From the NCBI GenBank assembly GCA_030390025.1, contig CM059431.1:157792001-157856000 (forward strand): 64,000 nucleotides of DNA. Reading direction: 5' to 3'. Position 1 is the stretch's first letter. Each line of letters opens with the position of its first letter. Positions 41,601 to 49,750 of the stretch are shown piece after piece. The notes below the pieces were generated by a model. The model was not told the origin of the DNA. It made no database searches and was given only the letters and a program-made list of their open reading frames with translations. This DNA is from Squalus acanthias. Its lineage: Eukaryota. The position numbers were made by a program, and so were the translations under genes.

Positions 41601-44600
41601 CCGGGAGCCAAAGTAGGTTCACAAGGACGGGGTGATCGCAGCAGCGATTTTCATTCGTTTAAATTTACGAAGAGTGAAAGGAGTAAAGTGACTCAGAGAG
41701 CACTGGAAAAATCGAGTCACCGGGTGAAAAAACCATGGATGAGGATTTCAGCAGCAGCTGGGCTGATGCAGGGGCGAAGATTGATAATACTACGGATTGG
41801 ATTTAGGCGGTCTTTGTGATGCAGAGAATATCGGGTCGGAAGCTCAGCTTGACGTTAAATCAAATTCTGAGGTTGTAAGCAGTCTGATTCAATCCGAAAC
41901 ACTGTCTGGGACGGGGATGGAATCATTGCCGAGGGAACAGAATTCGTGGCGAGGCCTGAAGATCATGTCTTCGGTCTTCCAAATGTTTAATTTGAGAAAT
42001 ATGTATTTCATCTCAGACTGGGTTTCGGAAAAGCAGCGTGAGACAGCAGAGGGAGTGGATGGGTGGATAGAGGTGGTGGAGATGTGGAGCAGTGTGTTAT
42101 CAGCGTGCATGTGATAGCTGATCACTTTTCTTCGGACAATGTCTCCATGTAGAAGAGAAATAGGAGGGGGCGAGGGGCGACCAGTGGGGGACTCCAGTGT
42201 TAACAGTCTGGGAGCAGAAAGATAAACCCATGATGAAGTTTCTCTGGGTACGACTGGTTGGTTAAAAGTGGAACCAAGCGAGGGCAGCCACACTGAGCTG
42301 GACAACGGAGGAGAGGCGTTGGATGATGTTGTGCTCGACCGTGTCAAAGATTGCAGAAGCCGAGAAGAATGAGGAGGGGTACTTAATCACGATCAGTCAT
42401 AGAAGGTTTCATTTGTGACTTTGATTAAAGCCAATTCAGTGCTGTGGCAGGAGCGTAAACCCGATTGGAGAGATTCAAACCTAGAGTTATGAGAAAGATC
42501 GGCAGAGATTCGGGAGGCAACATGACACTGAGCGGAGACGGGGAGATGGAGATAAACATGTCTAACTCTTCGCCCACGTGTCAAACTGGGCGAGTCTCTT
42601 TGATCAAACTCTCTCCTCTGAAATACATAATTCCCATTTGCAGTATAACATTTTAGAAACGGTTAAACTCATTTCAAGTTAACAAGACATTGTACATCCT
42701 CCAGCTAGGACTGGAATCTCCCAGTTCCACTGGAGGAGTTTGCTTGTTGCAGGCATCAAAATAAGAACGAAGCTTCCAATAATTCCGTTTTAGAAAACTG
42801 CTTCAGAAAATGTGGCTTTGTCGCTTCTCACTTTATATATAATTACATAGAATGTACAGCACACAAATAGAACATTTGACCCAACTGGTCAAAGCCTCCT
42901 CCCACCCCAGCCCTGCAACAACACCCTACTGATCCAGCCCTACACCGCCACCCCACTGACCCAGCCCTACAACCACACCCCACTGACCCAGCCCTACACT
43001 GACAGCCTACTGACCCATCCCTACACCCACACCCCACTGACCCAGCCCTACACTGACAGCCTACTGACCCATCCCTACACCCACACCCCACTGACCCAGC
43101 CCTACACTGACAGCCTACTGACCCAGCCCAACACCAGCACCACACGGACCCAGCGCTACACTGACACCCTACTGACCTAGCACGACACTGACACCCTACT
43201 GACCCAGCACGACACTGACACCCTACAGACCCAGCCCTACAACGACACCCAACTGATCGAGCCCTACATAAACAACATACTGACCCACCCCTACAAAGAC
43301 ACCCAACTGACCCAGCCCAACACCGACACCCCACTGACCGACCCATACACCGACAACCAACATCCCCAGCCGAACACCGGCACCCCACTGACCCACCCCT
43401 ACAACGACAACCCACTGACCCAGCCCTACACCGACACCCCACTGACCCAACCCCTACACCGACACCCCACTGACCCACCCCTACGCCGACACCCCACTGA
43501 CACACCCCTACACCGAAACCCCACTGACCCACCCCAACACCGGCACCCCACTGACATACCGCTACACCTAAACCCCACTGATCCAGGCCTAAACTGACAC
43601 CCTACTGACCCAGCCCCTCACCGACACTCCACTGACCCACCACTACACCGACACCCCACTGACCCAGCCCAACACCGAAACCCCACTGACCCAGCCCCTC
43701 ACCGACACCCTTCTGACCCAGCCCTACACTGCCACCCTACTGACACAGCCCCACACCGACACACCAAAGACACAGCCCTTGACCGACACACTACTGACTC
43801 GGACTTACACCGAAACCCCACTGATCCAGCCCAACACCGAAACACCACTGACCCAGCCCTTGAACGAGACCCCAGTAACGGGGAGTGAGAGGTTACACTA
43901 CAAATTTAATGTCTGCATTGTGAAGTTTTACGTGTAACAGGAAGTGAATGTGACAAGGACGAGGGCAGCAATAAGTTTTACGCTTACAGGAAGTGTGCAT
44001 TATAAATAAGACTTTTAATTCTTTACTGCCGAATCTCCATGGTTTCGCTCATGATTAGGCAGATGAACTGGAATGCGTTCTCACTGCGTTTGTTGAAACT
44101 GGCGAGAATGGCAAGCGGACAAGTGTGAATGTTCTATGCAGCGCCTCCAGTGCTGGGAGGACTGAACAAATGAACAATATTCTCTATTATAAAAGGAATT
44201 GAAACAGGCGTTATCAATGTTAAAAATGCTTTATTAAGCCATGGCAACGGGAAACCCTATGAAGTATATGTTTCTATGCAGCCGGCTGTGTTATTATGTT
44301 ATTTAGCAGAAATTATTAATATGTATTCTCCGTGTGCAGAAGATGTTGCTGCTGCTACTGGGCTGACGAATACACAGATAGGAATTTGCAGTGAATCGAG
44401 GAGAATTCTGGTAATTGGGGAGGGGAGTTTTGAGAGTGCCTGGGCAACAGGTAATGCAAGGCTCACGTGAGGGTAATGATATAAATGAGTTAGTAGGCTT
44501 ATCTTGGGTTTCCGTGTGAGGTGGTTGAACTTCTTCCTGCAATGCAGCTGTTATGGCGCTATATTTCTGCTACCTCTCCCCACTCACTCCTTGCCTGGAT

Positions 44601-45256
44601 ATCTTCCTGCCATCTGATAGATAGAAGAAATCCGTATTCCTGGAGACTTCCTCCCGCAAAACCTCGAATTCAGTGTCCGAAAACTGGGCGGCCCTTGCGG
44701 GGTCATATTTTAAACTATATTATATATTTTTTTGCATTTTTTCCATTAAGTGAATGGACAGAGTTTTGTTGTAGTGTTTGAAATGTTCAGGGATGTTTAA
44801 TTTGAAGTGAGTTTCATTCTACTAACCTGTTTTTTGGTCAAAGTTTGTAGTATTCATATTTAATAAACCTTCGGGGGAAGGAGTCGGTTCACTTGTACCG
44901 TTTCCAGGGGCCTGATCACCTTCCCCAGGAGCAGGGCCTTGAATCTGACTCTGCTCACTTGTACAGGTTCCTGGGGCCTGAGCATCTTCCCCAGGAGCAG
45001 GGCCTTGAATCAGACTCTGTTCACTTGTACAGGTTCCTGGGGCCTGAGCATCTTCCCCAGGAGCAGAGCCTTGAATCTGACTCTGTTCACTTGTACAGGT
45101 TCCTGGGGCCTGAGCATCTTCCCCAGGAGCAGGGCCTTGAATCTGACTCTGCTCACTTGTACCGGTTCCTGGGGCCTGAGCATCTTCCCCAGGAGCAGGG
45201 CCTTGAATCTGGCGTTGTTTTCTTGCACCGCTTTGTTTACTTGATGAGTGCCCCAT
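2516..45256 (-). CDS. Spliced NLR immune receptor gene (myristoylation motif + 22-aa repeats + CARD-like + NACHT + LRR), 9 coding exons, about 1028 aa
   Basis: Exons 45256-44827, 28860-28694, 24917-24746, 24641-24576, 16208-14471, 3479-3393, 3256-3086, 2943-2776 and 2603-2516 all have GT/AG introns with matching phases (1,0,1,1,2,2,2,2). They sum to 3087 nt = 1029 codons ending in TGA. Small extra exons cannot be excluded without RNA data. Confidence 0.85.
2776..2943 (-). CDS. NLR LRR exon (168 nt, two LRRs)
   Basis: Acceptor ctgatccccag, donor CG|gtgagt. Encodes [55 protein letters not shown]. Confidence 0.92.
3086..3256 (-). CDS. NLR LRR exon (171 nt, two LRRs)
   Basis: Acceptor ctgatccccag, donor GGA|gtaagt. 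Encodes [56 protein letters not shown]. Confidence 0.93.
3393..3479 (-). CDS. NLR LRR exon (87 nt)
   Basis: Acceptor tttgtgtttag, donor GGA|gtaagt. Encodes [28 protein letters not shown], an RI-type LRR; phase 2/2. Confidence 0.92.
3590..5850 (+). mobile_element. Degraded PIF/Harbinger-type DNA transposon with Myb/SANT-like remnant
   Basis: 4391-4615 translates across a frameshift to [12 protein letters not shown]...RREVLF...AWLPIA...[14 protein letters not shown], a Myb/SANT pattern. Inverted match 3627-3646 vs 5803-5822 (19/20). Right end aaaattcccccc. Confidence 0.6.
3627..4275. repeat. G-rich 27-bp minisatellite
   Basis: Unit gtcggtggcgggtcgggtgcggccggg; period 27 (3631, 3658). Confidence 0.95.
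6253..6615 (-). mobile_element. Penelope-like element terminal (pLTR) fragment
   Basis: Homologous to 46260-46585. Contains a degenerate hammerhead core on the minus strand (CTGACGA...GAAAC). Confidence 0.8.
6662..13100 (+). mobile_element. CR1 LINE (ORF1 esterase end, ORF2 APE + RT), interrupted at 8073-11787 and truncated at 13100
   Basis: ORF1 SGNH-like [14 protein letters not shown] motifs LNARS, ITETWL, MGDFN; RT motifs [24 protein letters not shown]. The reading QTFKD resumes as CMDELQ after the insert. Confidence 0.92.
8073..11787 (+). mobile_element. Nested CR1 LINE with rearranged 5' end
   Basis: Degenerate APE/RT, ORF2 end at 11551, (TTCTTATG)n tail to 11787. Flanked by ACTG at 8069-8072 and 11788-11791. 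Confidence 0.92.
13105..13540 (-). mobile_element. Penelope-like fragment (RT thumb) plus inverted pLTR pair
   Basis: Minus translation [37 protein letters not shown]...NRGLP. Arms 13313-13401 and 13408-13496 are reverse complements. Confidence 0.85.
14471..16208 (-). CDS. NLR NACHT exon (pre-NACHT region, NBD, HD1, WHD, HD2, first LRRs)
   Basis: Intact 590-aa ORF with Walker A GVPGIGKT, Walker [11 protein letters not shown], sensor VLVTSRP and winged-helix FPHLTIQEF. Acceptor ctaattgaag, donor TTGGG|gtaaca. Confidence 0.97.
16605..16865. repeat. 41-bp minisatellite, about 6 copies
   Basis: Unit cactgagagagggacaggctcacaatgtactgattgggcag; starts at 16626, 16667, 16708. Confidence 0.92.
16975..18065 (-). 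mobile_element. L2-type LINE 3' fragment
   Basis: ORF 17328-17666 reads YFHLHNL...[14 protein letters not shown]...ELIQNSA, the L2 ORF2 C-terminal pattern. Confidence 0.85.
18081..18973. mobile_element. Non-autonomous PIF/Harbinger-type element (MITE-like), 893 bp
   Basis: TIRs gggggagaaattcag (18081-18095) and ctgaatttttccccc (18959-18973), 14/15 match; 3-bp TSD ATA on both sides. Confidence 0.88.
19922..19962. repeat. (TA)n microsatellite inside CR1
   Basis: Imperfect TA run. Confidence 0.9.
22840..23100 (+). mobile_element. RTE-clade LINE C-terminal fragment
   Basis: Translation [41 protein letters not shown] matches the RTE ORF C-terminal pattern. Confidence 0.8.
23317..23610. repeat. 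21-bp minisatellite, about 14 copies
   Basis: Unit tgctgtattcctcactgctcc. Confidence 0.95.
24576..24641 (-). CDS. NLR 66-nt linker exon
   Basis: Acceptor atttaaacag, donor AAAG|gtaggt. Encodes (G)[21 protein letters not shown](D); phase 1/1, joins the NACHT exon in frame. Not in the ORF track. Confidence 0.75.
24746..24917 (-). CDS. NLR exon: second half of CARD-like domain
   Basis: Acceptor ttattctttacag, donor TTG|gtacgg. Encodes [57 protein letters not shown]; phase 0 in, phase 1 out. Confidence 0.85.
25990..28085 (+). mobile_element. Old, internally deleted CR1 LINE
   Basis: Remnants [15 protein letters not shown] and [15 protein letters not shown]; 3' end SITRGHIYK...[10 protein letters not shown]; many stops. 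Confidence 0.85.
28694..28860 (-). CDS. NLR exon: first half of CARD-like death-fold domain
   Basis: Acceptor tgtgttcatag, donor CGG|gtaagt. Encodes [55 protein letters not shown]. Confidence 0.85.
30380..34460 (+). mobile_element. Old LINE (CR1/Jockey group, second family), RT 3' half, split by an antisense copy of the same family
   Basis: 30420-30607 reads [15 protein letters not shown]...HKCQAL. It resumes at about 33748 and includes [24 protein letters not shown]-rich end near 34460. Confidence 0.75.
30608..33747 (-). mobile_element. Near full-length LINE (same family), APE + RT, degraded
   Basis: [11 protein letters not shown] and [12 protein letters not shown]-side [16 protein letters not shown]-terminal [15 protein letters not shown]-rich tail at 30608. 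Confidence 0.88.
34880..35165 (+). mobile_element. Old CR1 3' fragment
   Basis: Reads [27 protein letters not shown]..., followed by a remnant of the CR1 3' UTR (gctcgaagggtcgaatg). Confidence 0.75.
35223..37532 (+). mobile_element. Young 5'-truncated CR1 LINE with uninterrupted ORF2 (APE end + RT)
   Basis: 741-aa open frame to 37432 with intact RT motifs ([26 protein letters not shown]); (CTATGTAT)n tail. Confidence 0.97.
38325..40925 (-). mobile_element. Degraded CR1 LINE
   Basis: ORFs 38483-38848, 39794-40006 and 40139-40450 carry CR1 ORF2 motifs; (ATAGAATC)n tail at 38325-38355. Confidence 0.9.
39449..39600 (-). mobile_element. Short CR1 3'-UTR-only insertion nested in the CR1 above
   Basis: (CATAAGAA)n tail and 3' UTR matching the reverse complement of 11640-11787. 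Confidence 0.85.
41200..42540 (-). mobile_element. L2-type LINE fragment
   Basis: [23 protein letters not shown] and [12 protein letters not shown] (YADDT-like); L2-type 3' end at about 41205. Confidence 0.85.
42905..43875. repeat. C-rich 27-bp minisatellite, about 35 copies
   Basis: Unit actgacccagccctacaccgacacccc; period 27 (42955, 42982). Confidence 0.95.
44827..45256 (-). CDS. NLR coding exon 1: MGHSSSK N-terminus plus five 22-aa repeats
   Basis: Acceptor ttttttgcag precedes exon start 45273. ATG is in good Kozak context (gagATGG). Donor is ACAG|gttagt. The 430 coding nt end in phase 1, matching the next exon (G|TT=Val). Confidence 0.75.
44888..45217 (-). repeat. Coding 66-bp tandem repeat, 5 copies
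   Basis: Period 66 (44941, 45007); encodes [22 protein letters not shown]. Confidence 0.95.
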
Positions 45257-45439
45257 CTCAGGCAACTTGTTACCTGCAAAAAACAATAATTTCAGGTTAT
45301 AGCAGGGTATATTAGAACAGAACAGAAACATGTGGATTCAAAATAATTCCATTGCAGCGCTGATTCGAAATCGAGAAACGAGGCCATCAATTTGTGAATT
45401 CTAAAATCGTGAAAAATATTTCCGCTGGTTGTTCATCAG

Positions 45440-45860
45440 GAGATGAGTGCAGGACCTGAGGATGGACCAGGGAGAGAGCGGGTGCGTCAGGCTGAGTGCG
45501 GCACGTGCGGGTGGGTCAGGGTGAGTGCGACAGGGTCAGGGTGAGTGCGGGACGTGATAGTGAGTCAGGGTGAGGGCGAAACGAGCGGGTGGGTAAAATG
45601 AGTGCTGGAAGTGCGGCTGGATCAGGGAGAGAGCGGGTGCGTCAGGCTGAGTGCGACAGGGTCAGGGTGAGTGCGGGACGGGCGGGTGATTCAGGGTGAG
45701 GGCGGGACAAGCGGTTGGGGCAGGGTGAGTGCTGGAAGTGCGGTAGGGTCAAGATGAATGCGGGATGTGCGGGTGGGTCAGGGTGAGTGCGTGATGTGTG
45801 GTTGGGTCAGCGTGAGTGCGGAAAGTGCGGTTGCTTTCGGGTGAGTGCGGGACCTGCTTG
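45440..45860. repeat. Degenerate G-rich minisatellite, about 29 bp
   Basis: Unit tcagggtgagtgcgggacgggcgggtggg-like. Confidence 0.85.
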
Positions 45861-46239
45861 TGGATCAGTGCCGAGATAATTTTTAACTTCAATCGTGCTT
45901 TATTCTGTAAATTATTAGCAACACACGGTTATTACGGCAGTAAATCATTTGTAGTTAAAAACAGAGAGTGCTGCTCTAAAGGTAATCAGGGTTTATTTTT
46001 ATCTCTGGTCAATAGTGTAATATGAGCAATATCGAATTAGCGGCTCATTTTGAACAACGGACGATTTTCCTTCCCATTGACGTAAATGGAAGGGAGTATC
46101 AGGCGTGCTTTATACTGGGCGGCCAATTCCATATCCCCAATATTAAACTACCGCCCAGTTTCCATTACTTTAAATTACTCCCAATGAATTACAATCTCCA
46201 AAATTTCAAAACTTAGAAATTCAATTTAACGTGGACTAT

Positions 46240-48230
46240 TACAAAAGCACAACACTGCGGATGCTGGAAATGCTCAGCAGGTCAGGCAGCATCTGTGGAG
46301 AGAGAAACAATGTTAACGTTTCAAATCGATGATCTTTCGTCAGAACTGGTAAAAGTTAGAGAGGTAACAGATTTTAAGTAAGTCCGGGGAAGGCAAAGCG
46401 GGAGGGGAGGAAAGAACGAAACAGAAGGTCTATGATACGGTGGAAGGCAGGAGTGATTACATGACAAAAGGGATGATTGTACAAAGGAAAAGGAGATGGT
46501 AATGGGACAAGTGAATAAACAAAATATGAGTTTAGCAGAGATGCAAATGGGAATGGCAGAATTGTCAACATCTGCCATCTGAAAAAATAGGTGCAACGAT
46601 TATGGTCTGAAATTGTTGAACTCCATATTGAGTCCGGAAGGCTGTAAAGTTCCAAATCGAAAGATGATGTGCTGTTCCTCGAGTTTACGTTGAGCTTCAT
46701 TGGAGCAGTGTAAGAGTCCAAGGACAGGGAGGTCAGATTGGGAGTGGAGCGGAGAATTAAAGTGACAGGCGACCGGAAGCTTGGGGTCACGCTTGCAGAC
46801 TGAACAGCGGTGTTCCGCAAAGCAATCAGCCAATCTGAGATTGATGGACACAATGTAGAGGAGACCGTATAATAAATTGCAAATACAACAAGTAAATCGC
46901 TGTTTCACCTGGAAGGAGTGTTTGGGGCCCGGTACAGTGGAAGGGAGGAGTTAAAATGGCAGGTGTTGCACCTCGTGCCCTTGCACGGGAAGGTGCCGTG
47001 GCAAGTGGAGCGGAAATGGGGGGTGATTGAGGAGTGGACCAGGCTGTCGCGCAGGGAGTGGTACCTTCGGAATGGTGAAAGAGGAGGGGAAAATATGTTT
47101 AATGGTGTGATTACACTGGAGATGGCGGAAATGGCAGAGGATGATCCGCTGAATGTGGAGGCTGGTGGGGTGAAAGGTGAGGACAAGGGGAACCCTATCG
47201 TGTTCCTGGGAGGGAGGGAAAGTGGTGAGAGCAGAATTGTGGGAAATAGAATTGAACGGTCGAGGGACATGTCAACCTCACTGGAGAGGAATCCTCGGTT
47301 TAGGGAAAATGAAGAAATATAGGAAGCATTGTATGGAAGTTGGCATGATCAGAACAAATGCGACAGAGATGAAGAAACTAGGAGAATTGAACAGAGTCTT
47401 TACAGGAAGCGGGTGGGAGGATGTGTATTCCAACTAGCTGTGGGAGTCAGTGGGATGTTATTCAATGATTGTCGAAAGCCTATCCCCAGAAATTAAGGCA
47501 GAGAAGTCGAGGAAGGGAAGGAAGGATTTTGAGATGGACCATGTGAAGATGAGGGATTGATGAAAAATGGAAAAAGTGAATGTAATTTTCCAGTTCAGGG
47601 TGACAGCAGGAAACGGCACCGATGCAATCAACATTATACTGGACAAAGAGGTGGGGGAGGGGACACGAGTAGAACTGGAAGAAAGAATGTTCCACCTATC
47701 CGACGAAAAAGCAGGCATAGCTAGGACCATGCGGGTTCCCATAGCAACACCTTTAATTTGGTGGAAGTGAGTAGAATCAAAGGAGAAGTTGTTCAACGTG
47801 AGAACAAGTTCTGCCAGGCGGAGGAGGATGGTGGTGGATGGGGATTGGTTGTGCCTCTGTTCAAGGAAGAAGTGGAGCGTCATCAACCCGTCCTGTTGGG
47901 GGATGGAGGTCTAGAGGGATTGGACATCCATGGTTAAAAAAAGATTTTTGGCGCCAGGAAGCTTGAAACGCTTAGAGTCGTGGATGTAGGTGGGAAGAGA
48001 CTAGACAAGGGGAAAAATTGAGTCGTAATAGGAAGAAATCAGTTCGTTGGGGCAAGAACAGGCTGAAATAATAGTTCTACCAGTGCAGTCGTGTATCTTT
48101 ATCTTGGGAAGTAGGTAGAAGCGAGCTGTGCGGGGTTGGGGAACGATGAGGTTGGCGACGGTGGAGGCAAATCTCCAGAGGTGATCAGGTCAGTTGCAGT
48201 CTTGGAAACGATCGCTTGGTTTTCGGCAGT
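46240..48230 (-). mobile_element. Penelope-like retroelement (RT + GIY-YIG endonuclease + pLTR), degraded
   Basis: RT LLRLAELVLTLNNFSF...QIKGVAMGTRM (47458-47886); GIY-YIG C-terminus FAEH...PVACHFN...RKLEEQHIIFRFGTLQPSGLN (46600-46908). Confidence 0.92.
46312..46347 (-). ncRNA. Minimal type I hammerhead ribozyme motif in Penelope pLTR
   Basis: Minus strand AGTT-CTGACGA-a-AGATC-atc-GATTT-GAAAC-GTT-AAC: core boxes, stem II, short stem I and palindromic ACGT at stem III. Confidence 0.65.
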
Positions 48231-48329
48231 GTGGTCATGGTACAGTGGGAGGTAGGAGGAGGTGGCAGAGAGATGGCCTTCACCCTCCGAAAGGTAGTGG
48301 ACTGTAGGAATATAAGAAGTAGGAGCAGG

Positions 48330-48860
48330 AGTAGATCATATGGCTCCTCCAGCCTAGGCTGCAGAAGACAGGACCGGCAATGGTGGAGCGGTGAAAATCG
48401 GTGCCGAGCAAGAGGTGAGAATTGGAGGAGCGCAGAGATCTTGGAGGGTTGTTGGGCTGGAGGAAGTTACATAGATAGGGAGGGGCGAGGCCATGGAGGT
48501 AGGGACGTGACCATGAAGAGACTAGAAATCAGGGAGGAGAATTTTGAAATCATTTTTTGCTGTACCGGGAGCCAATGTAGTTCAGCGAGCACAGGGTTGA
48601 TGGGTAAACAGGAACTGGTGTCAGTTAGGATACGGGCAGCCGAGGTTTGAATGAGTTCCAGTTTATGGAGAGTGCATGGTGGGAAGCCGGCCACAAGAGC
48701 ATTGAAATATTCGAATTCAGAACTAACAAAGGCATGGATGAGAGTTTCAGCAGCAGATGAGCTGAGACAGGGGCAGAGATCGGCGTTGTTAATATGGTGG
48801 AAGTAGGCGCACTTGGTGATTGAGGGACGGAAGCTCAGCTCAGCGTCAAATAGGACTCCA
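48330..48860 (-). mobile_element. L2-type LINE fragment
   Basis: LHKLELIQTSAARILT...INPVLAELHWLPV. Confidence 0.85.
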
Positions 48861-49429
48861 ACCTATAAATTGCAATTCTCCATGTCTGGGTTTTTCGTTG
48901 TTAGAATTCTGCATATCTTTAGTGATCATTAAATCACAAATTCTAGATGTTTGTAATTAGCTATGTATTTCCTTATAATTATATTTGTTTGTGAATGAAT
49001 AATTTACTCTGTCGGCGATAGACCTTGCTGATCTTTGAGATTGGTCTGTGCATCGTGTTTAGTGAACTGACTATGGTGTTTCCGTTTCAATCTTTCCATT
49101 TGAATTGTCACCAGATCTAAGCTAATTTATAATAGAGATCTAAGGGTGTCGGTTTGGGTTCAGCCCACCAAATAAACAGGCACGTGCCCGTCTGCTGGGC
49201 TCTGCCTCAGACCAGAGTCACTATTTAGATCAAATCCCTTTACTAGAAAACACGTAAAAGATTCACTTGTGACTGTGTGTTCAGAGACAGAACCTGATCT
49301 CTCTTCACATTTCATTGCACGGCCACATGCTGTATAATTGTGGTCGGTGCTCAGACTCTCCCAGTCTCATTCTCACCATTTAACGCCTTACCTTGTAACC
49401 TTTGTGTAACGTCTAAAGGAATAGGATAT

Positions 49430-49750
49430 ATCTGTGACAATTGGACTCTCTCTGACCTTTCTCCCCGGTCCATCTCCAGTACCAGTGTGTATCTGAGTCA
49501 ACTGGAATCTCTCTCTGAACTTTCTCCCCGGTCAATCTCCAGGAACAGTGTCTATCTGAGTCAAAGGGATTCTCTCTGACTTTTCTCCCCAGTCCGTCTT
49601 CACGACCAGTGTGTATCGGCGTCACTGGGAATCTCTCTGACCTTTCTTCCCGGTCCATCTCCAGGACCAGTGTGTCTCTGAGTCAATGGGACATTCTGTT
49701 ACCTTTCTCCACAGTCCATCTCCAGCACAAGTGTATATCTAAGTCAATAG
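49430..49750. repeat. Short array (about 5 units) of the 61-bp satellite
   Basis: Same unit as 59500-64000. Confidence 0.9.

Noticed and set aside
42843..43532. 229-aa (GSVGCRCRA)n ORF
   Set aside because: Minisatellite translation with no splice or start support.
44888..45217. QIQG as a RHIM amyloid motif
   Set aside because: The RHIM core is (I/V)Q(I/V/L/C)G with hydrophobic/Asn flanks; here the register differs and prolines follow immediately.
45257..45331. ORF-track N-terminus MFLFCSNIPC... of ORF 44822-45331
   Set aside because: Most of it lies upstream of a clear splice acceptor at 45274-45275; the likely start is the ATG at 45256.
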